64,000 bases of DNA. Source: Candidatus Micrarchaeota archaeon. Lineage in GTDB: Archaea; Micrarchaeota; Micrarchaeia; Micrarchaeales; CABMGC01. Positions 59,086 to 64,000 of this stretch are shown one piece after another. Under the pieces are notes generated by a model that made no database searches, had not been told where the DNA came from, and saw nothing but the letters and a program-made list of their open reading frames with translations. The position numbers and the translations under genes are program-made. The stretch covers positions 8,336-72,335 of the forward strand of contig JAJZKO010000004.1 in NCBI GenBank assembly GCA_021850805.1. Direction: 5' to 3'. Each line of letters opens with the position of its first letter. Position 1 is the stretch's first letter.

Positions 59086-60663
59086 TTATTTTGCATGATC
59101 TTTCTCTGCAAGCTCCAGCACCTTGAGGAGTTGCTCCCTTCCGAACTCCTCCAGACTCAGATAATGCTTTGAAGCTTGCTTAAGTGCGCTATTATTCCCT
59201 TTTACCATGATAGTGATGAGCTCTGCGTTAGCCATCGCGAGGATGGATTTGATGTGGCCCTCATCAACACTGTCCCCTCCATCTGTTATAAGTATTATCT
59301 CGTTCAGCTCCTTGTATTTCTTCTCCGTGAGAAGCTTGCTGCATGCCTCTTCTATGGCCTTAGTGATATTTGTGCCTCCCGTTCCTGCAACTGCAGCCAG
59401 ATTGGTTGCGGCTTTGGCCACCTCCCTTCTTCGCGTGCTGCGCAGTATATCTACTACATCAAACGGATTATCATCGAAGAACAGGTAATGGAAATTCCTG
59501 CTCTCCTTCCTCGCCACCATGAGCAATGCCACCGCTGTTGCCTTTGCCCATAGTATCTTGTCACTCTCGCTCCCTCCCATACTGCCAGATTTGTCGATAA
59601 GCACGAAGAGCGACGACCTGCTCTCTTTTATGCCTCTCCTGTAAAGCGTCAGGTGCCCTTCTGAGAACTTGAGATCAAATAAAAGATCCGGCATGGCAAG
59701 CTCTCCTATGCTAAGCCTCTCAAGGTCATCGCCAATATCGAATCCCGAATTTTCTCCACGCGAGTAGGGCCTGTATCGCCTCTTCACGATCTTGGAAAGC
59801 TCAGGGAGCCCGTTCAGTAGTTCCAGAATCTTCTTTATATCAGTATTCTTTGCCAGATCCATAATCTTTTCGAAATCCGAATCAAAAGAGAGGTCATGGC
59901 CTACGCCTGCCAGTTCCTGATAGAACTTCTCTACCTGCTGCATATTCTCCACAGATTCCTTGGCGTTGCTTATTGCCCCTTCAAGGAGGTCTTTTATTAC
60001 CTGCTTGATCTGCTCCTCACTTAATCCATTCCCAGGACCCTGCTGGTTCACATTCCCTCTCTGGCTTCCGCTCCCATTCTGCTGCCCCTGTTGCCCTTGC
60101 TGCTGTCCTCCTCCCTGCTGTTGCTGCTGTCCACCTTGTTGTCCGCCCTGCTGCTGCCCATTCTGCTGAGCCTGCTGTCCATTCTGTTGCCCTTGCTGCC
60201 CCTGTTGCTGTTCCTGCTTCCCTGTAAGCATCTCCTTAAGCTCCTTTGCAAGCTGCCTCTTTTGCGGATCCGGATCGCCAGAAGCCATCTTATCAAGGTT
60301 CTCCATCAATGAGCTTATGAATGAAGCCGCAGCCACTACGCTAGGCCTTGATTTTGCAACGCTGGTATCCCTGAGCTCCTTGAATCCCTGTGAAGATAAA
60401 GATTGCAGCATAAGCTGGTAATACTCGAACGCTTCCTTGGACTTAAATTCTGGCTCTTTTACCATGGGTATAGGCAGGTAAAAACCACTGAATATGTCCT
60501 TCTTGAATATCTCCTTAACTTCCTCGCTGCTCTTAGCTGCACTGAGTTTCTTCAGTATGGCGGCTATCCTCTCTGCTCTATAATCAAGGACCGGATGATC
60601 GTAATCCACCCCTGCAAGGACGCCTTCCTCCTTCACCTTCTTGCTGACAGTCTTAGTAGCCAT
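59086..60663 (-). CDS. VWA-domain protein (ViaA/COG2425-like) with Q/G-rich insert
   Basis: MIDAS DKSGSM, GGTNI, ITDG, GDDLER. Start set at ATG 60663. Confidence 0.88.
   Translation of the reverse strand: MATKTVSKKVKEEGVLAGVDYDHPVLDYRAERIAAILKKLSAAKSSEEVKEIFKKDIFSGFYLPIPMVKEPEFKSKEAFEYYQLMLQSLSSQGFKELRDTSVAKSRPSVVAAASFISSLMENLDKMASGDPDPQKRQLAKELKEMLTGKQEQQQGQQGQQNGQQAQQNGQQQGGQQGGQQQQQGGGQQQGQQGQQNGSGSQRGNVNQQGPGNGLSEEQIKQVIKDLLEGAISNAKESVENMQQVEKFYQELAGVGHDLSFDSDFEKIMDLAKNTDIKKILELLNGLPELSKIVKRRYRPYSRGENSGFDIGDDLERLSIGELAMPDLLFDLKFSEGHLTLYRRGIKESRSSLFVLIDKSGSMGGSESDKILWAKATAVALLMVARKESRNFHYLFFDDNPFDVVDILRSTRRREVAKAATNLAAVAGTGGTNITKAIEEACSKLLTEKKYKELNEIILITDGGDSVDEGHIKSILAMANAELITIMVKGNNSALKQASKHYLSLEEFGREQLLKVLELAEKDHAK
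60025..60216 (-). repeat. Low-complexity Gln/Gly coding repeat
   Basis: About 64 codons of QQGQQ/QQNG units, including two copies of QQQGQQGQQNG. Confidence 0.85.
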
Positions 60664-60731
60664 ATCCCCCCATCTAAAATAAATGGATGCCGGAAAGCTA
60701 TTAAAGCATTTTCTACACAAAGCCGCAGAAG

Positions 60732-63032
60732 TCAAAGGACGACATTGGTGCTCCCTCCAGATGCCTTGTCGCGTTCCAGGGATATGACTGAACTGCCTCC
60801 TGCTTCCTTGAGCTTTTCATCATGCGTTACTATGAATATCTGGTCCACTATCTTTGGCAATTCTGTACCAAACATCCCTATAAATGCATCTATTCCTGCA
60901 GCATCTATGTTATGCGTCGGCTCATCAAGTATCAGCCACTTAAGGTTTGGCACTAAGACCAGGGCGAATGCTATACGCATTGCAAGGCACGCTATGCTGC
61001 GCTCTCCTCCGCTCGCTATGCTCTCAACGGGAAGCCACTCTCCTTCCCCTCCATTTACCGAATTGAGCATGAGCACATAATCTTCGTTTTCAGCATCAAG
61101 CCTTATACCTGGATAATCATTGTAAGGGTATATGCTTGGCCATACCTCTCCCATTGCGCTGTTTATGGCATTTATGAGCTGTGCCCGCATGCTGCCCTGA
61201 GTCTCCTCTATGGACTCCCTGAACTTTATAACATTGGAAGATATCTCTTTCATATAATTCAGCCTGCGCTCGATCTCCCTTGCCTTTCTTGTGTGTGCCT
61301 CACGCACCTTAATCTCCGAATCAATCTGCGAGATCAACCTCTCAATGGCCAATATCGACTCCCCAAGCCTCGCCTTCTCAGCAGAGAGCTCAGTCTCTCG
61401 GGCTCCGAGATCCATGATATCCGCCTCGGAGACTATTATGGATTCCATCTCCCCGCTCTTCAGCAAGGCCTGGGCCTTGGCATCGGTAATCTCTTTCCTG
61501 TATCTTTCCCTGCGCACGATACTCTCCCTAAGCTTTTCTGAAGATGCTATCTCATTCCTTACGCTTTCCTCCTCCTTCTTTATTCCCTTAATCAGAACCT
61601 CCGTTTCCGATCTGTTTTTTTCAAGAGCGCCTATCCTCCTTGCAACAACTTCTATCTCAGTTGCAGGGTCACTTGCAGATTCAAGAAGAGCAATAAGGCT
61701 CTCGAGCCTGCCCTTCTTTTTCTTTTGCGTCTCCGCATCCAGCCTCTTCCCATCAAGCGTCTTCTTAATCGCCCTGCTTTCCTCCTCAATCTGTACAAGC
61801 GTGGCCTTTTTTGCCTCTAAGAGGCGTTCCCTCAAAGCCCCATCGAGTTCCCTCTCGCATACAGGGCATACGGAATCGTATCTTTTGAGATCCTCTATCC
61901 ATGTGCGTATCTCAGCTATCTTAACCGTATCTTCTGCGATCTTGGCCTCAATGCCTTTTACCTCTGCCTCGAGATTATCAAGTGCCTCCAGAGGCTTCTC
62001 ATTCCTTAGCTTCTCAATCTCATCCATACGCTGCCTTCTGACTGCCATCTCCGATTCGATCCGCCTCTTCCTCTCCTGCAACGAAGAGATATTCTCCCTA
62101 ACGCGCCTGTACTCCTCCTCAGCAGCATTTGCCTTCCCTAAGATCTCCCTCTCCCTAACCTTAAGCTCCGAGATATGCCTCTCTAGAGAAATCGCATCGA
62201 TGTCTTCGTCGATGCTTATCTGTGCAAGTTCCTTCTCAAGCGCCTCTTTCCTGCTGGATATCCGCAATATTTCCTTCTCCAGGCTCATGCGCTTTGCATA
62301 CTGCTCCTTCATTCCGGCAAGCCTTGCAGATACCCCTGCCAGCCTCTCCAAGAGTTCCTTCTCCAATGCACGTTTCTCCTCAAGCGATCCAGATTCCTGC
62401 ATCCTCCTGCTCTTATAGGACGCTATCTCATTCTCCATCCCCTGGATATCCAGGCCCTTAAAAGCGCTCTCAAGACTTCTAGCTTCGCCGTCTATCCTGC
62501 CTGCGAGTGTGCCTGCATTATCCCTCGCAGCCGCAAACCTGTCAAGTCCAAGCATGCTATCAAGCTGCCTCTTTCTCTCCGCAGCCCTCAATCCTAGGAA
62601 GTATTCCAGCCCATTCTGCTCAGAATAGACGACCCTCGCAAAGGATTCGTAATCAACCTTCATTATACTCTCTATCTCCTCGGTCACCTTCACAGGCTGC
62701 GACTGCATGTACTTTCCATTCCTCTCCAGCTTCGCCGATGAGCGCAAGCCAGAGATCTCCCTAGTAACGATATATTCATCATCGCCGGCGCTGAAGCCAA
62801 GTTTTACAATAGCCGAAGCCCCATTCCCAGCGCCCTTCCTTATTATATCCTTTGTCGCAAGCCTGCCTTTCTGCAAGGCGGGGAACGTGCCGAAGAGCGC
62901 GTAAGATATCGCGTCCATTATCGAGCTTTTCCCAGCACCCATCCTCCCTACTATGAGGTTTGTGCCCTTAGAGAATTCTATGCGTGTATGCTCATGGGTC
63001 TTCCATCTCGTGAGCTCTATGAATTTTATCAT
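60732..63032 (-). CDS. rad50: Rad50/SbcC-family ATPase
   Basis: G.MGAGKSS, EQ Q-loop, central CPVC zinc hook, SGGE, LDEPT, VTH. Confidence 0.88.
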   Translation of the reverse strand: MIKFIELTRWKTHEHTRIEFSKGTNLIVGRMGAGKSSIMDAISYALFGTFPALQKGRLATKDIIRKGAGNGASAIVKLGFSAGDDEYIVTREISGLRSSAKLERNGKYMQSQPVKVTEEIESIMKVDYESFARVVYSEQNGLEYFLGLRAAERKRQLDSMLGLDRFAAARDNAGTLAGRIDGEARSLESAFKGLDIQGMENEIASYKSRRMQESGSLEEKRALEKELLERLAGVSARLAGMKEQYAKRMSLEKEILRISSRKEALEKELAQISIDEDIDAISLERHISELKVREREILGKANAAEEEYRRVRENISSLQERKRRIESEMAVRRQRMDEIEKLRNEKPLEALDNLEAEVKGIEAKIAEDTVKIAEIRTWIEDLKRYDSVCPVCERELDGALRERLLEAKKATLVQIEEESRAIKKTLDGKRLDAETQKKKKGRLESLIALLESASDPATEIEVVARRIGALEKNRSETEVLIKGIKKEEESVRNEIASSEKLRESIVRRERYRKEITDAKAQALLKSGEMESIIVSEADIMDLGARETELSAEKARLGESILAIERLISQIDSEIKVREAHTRKAREIERRLNYMKEISSNVIKFRESIEETQGSMRAQLINAINSAMGEVWPSIYPYNDYPGIRLDAENEDYVLMLNSVNGGEGEWLPVESIASGGERSIACLAMRIAFALVLVPNLKWLILDEPTHNIDAAGIDAFIGMFGTELPKIVDQIFIVTHDEKLKEAGGSSVISLERDKASGGSTNVVL

Positions 63033-63080
63033 CAGGCTAGATATTGCCGATAAACAATAAGAATATTGCCTGCAGGAGCA

Positions 63081-63326
63081 TTATATGAGTGTCTCTTCAG
63101 CCACTTCTACCTCATTAACCCCATGTATCTTGCGTATGCGCTCCTCAAATTCCGTGCTTCCTTCCTGATCCTCATGTATAAACATCGCCTTGACAACCTT
63201 TATCCCGAATGCAACATCCTCCAGCTGTATGCTCTCCGGTTTTAGCGACTTGCGGAGACCCTCCACTACCTCGTTCTCCTTTCCTGCATCAGGGTATATC
63301 TTAAAGACGGTGGCTACCTTTCCCAT
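63081..63326 (-). CDS. ef1b: Elongation factor 1-beta
   Basis: MGKV...KIYP, E.VAFGIK, GVNEVEV. Confidence 0.93.
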   Translation of the reverse strand: MGKVATVFKIYPDAGKENEVVEGLRKSLKPESIQLEDVAFGIKVVKAMFIHEDQEGSTEFEERIRKIHGVNEVEVAEETLI

Positions 63327-63493
63327 TACGGTCCCTCATAGCTGCACACGCTGCACTTGTACCTTACATACTTCTCCCTGCAACTCTGGCATCGTATTAT
63401 CTCCTCCTTGCTGCAGCTGGGACACTTGAATTCCACATACTCGCTCGTGAGCCTTCCGCACGAAGAGCAGATACTTCCTGATAGATTAGCCAT
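63326..63493 (-). CDS. Zn-ribbon protein (DUF1610/COG2888), not in ORF track
   Basis: Hand translation, 55 aa: CSSCG...FKCPSC....I.RCQSCR.....YKCSVCSYEGP; stop overlaps the ef1b ATG. Confidence 0.9.
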   Translation of the reverse strand: MANLSGSICSSCGRLTSEYVEFKCPSCSKEEIIRCQSCREKYVRYKCSVCSYEGP

Positions 63494-63564
63494 AAAAACC
63501 GCTAAGTTATAGTATAATATGTATTCAATACTTTAATGTCAAAGTATATAAAAATATCTGAATT

Positions 63565-63639
63565 GGGCATGTGGTGTAACTTGGATAGCACGTCGGCTTG
63601 CGGAGCCGTTGGTTGCGGGTTCAAATCCCGTCATGCCCG
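63565..63639 (+). tRNA. tRNA-Arg(GCG)
   Basis: GGGCATG/CATGCCC-G acceptor, CGGC-TT-GCG-GA-GCCG anticodon arm, GTTCAAATC T-arm. Confidence 0.88.
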
Positions 63640-63675
63640 TATATCTGCTATACAGCAACAAAAAGCCATGATTTT

Positions 63676-64000
63676 ATGGAGATCAAGATAAGGGAGGCAA
63701 CAGAGGCTGACTACAAGTCGATAATGGGCATGATAAAAGAGCTAGCCCGCTTCGAAAGGGCAGAAGACAGAGTAAAAAATTCAGTATCAAGAATGAAAAG
63801 GGAAAAGCGCTTCTTCAGGGCCCTTATCGCATCTGAAAAAGGCAGGATAATAGGCTACGCAGTATTCTTCTTTGCCTACTACACATGGGTAGGAAAAAGC
63901 CTCTACCTTGACGATATATATGTGAAACCGCATTATAGGAGAAAGAAGGCAGGCTCAGCACTGCTAAAAAAAGTCTTCGAGATAGCCGCGAAGGAAGGAT
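63676..64000 (+). CDS. GNAT N-acetyltransferase, SSAT/diamine acetyltransferase-like (partial)
   Basis: IREA...D...I...IKELA.FE, YYTWVG..LYLDDIYV.P.YR....GS.L. Confidence 0.85.
   Translation, partial: MEIKIREATEADYKSIMGMIKELARFERAEDRVKNSVSRMKREKRFFRALIASEKGRIIGYAVFFFAYYTWVGKSLYLDDIYVKPHYRRKKAGSALLKKVFEIAAKEG

Noticed and set aside
55471-62418. Long antisense ORFs (55471-56421, 58170-58964, 61291-62418) and similar shadows elsewhere
   Set aside because: They mirror well-supported genes on the other strand and have Ser/Phe/Leu-rich shadow composition.
60732-63032. Condensin SMC or Wadjet JetC
   Set aside because: 766 aa with a CPVC zinc hook and no hinge domain or kleisin neighbours indicates Rad50.
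1-64000. CRISPR array, provirus or element integrated at the tRNAs
   Set aside because: No spaced direct repeats, integrase, transposase or duplicated tRNA 3' ends were seen by eye.

Overview
Gene-dense archaeal chromosomal segment. It shows TATA-type promoters, GGTG Shine-Dalgarno cores, tRNAs without encoded CCA, and PCNA, fibrillarin, aCPSF1, SRP54 and aEF1-beta. The small tRNA introns at canonical and non-canonical positions, tRNA-Ile(UAU) and eS26 fit a DPANN Micrarchaeota (ARMAN-2-like) genome; this assignment is inference. It contains about 58 CDSs and 5 tRNAs (Met, His, Leu, Ile-UAU, Arg; three with introns), and I found no CRISPR array, rRNA or transposase. Modules: polyamine cluster (speB/speE/speD), PDH operon plus NAD kinase, LysM-like Lrp with a predicted operator upstream of a GNAT-like/M20 pair, trehalose synthesis and hydrolysis, Lhr-MPE, a cytoplasmic two-component system, a surface-glycosylation block, and a Rad50/VWA/PolX/MoxR block. 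Best candidates for new biology: (i) the histidine kinase plus wHTH-REC-degenerate GGDEF regulator; (ii) the MoxR-VWA pair with a 64-aa Q/G tract among DNA repair genes; (iii) an unannotated 18-aa Lys-rich ORF opposite a DRG-wHTH-mini-NFACT operon; (iv) two genes whose open 5' frames lack a canonical start codon; (v) a two-hairpin putative sRNA upstream of agmatinase. All family calls come from motif recognition, not database searches.
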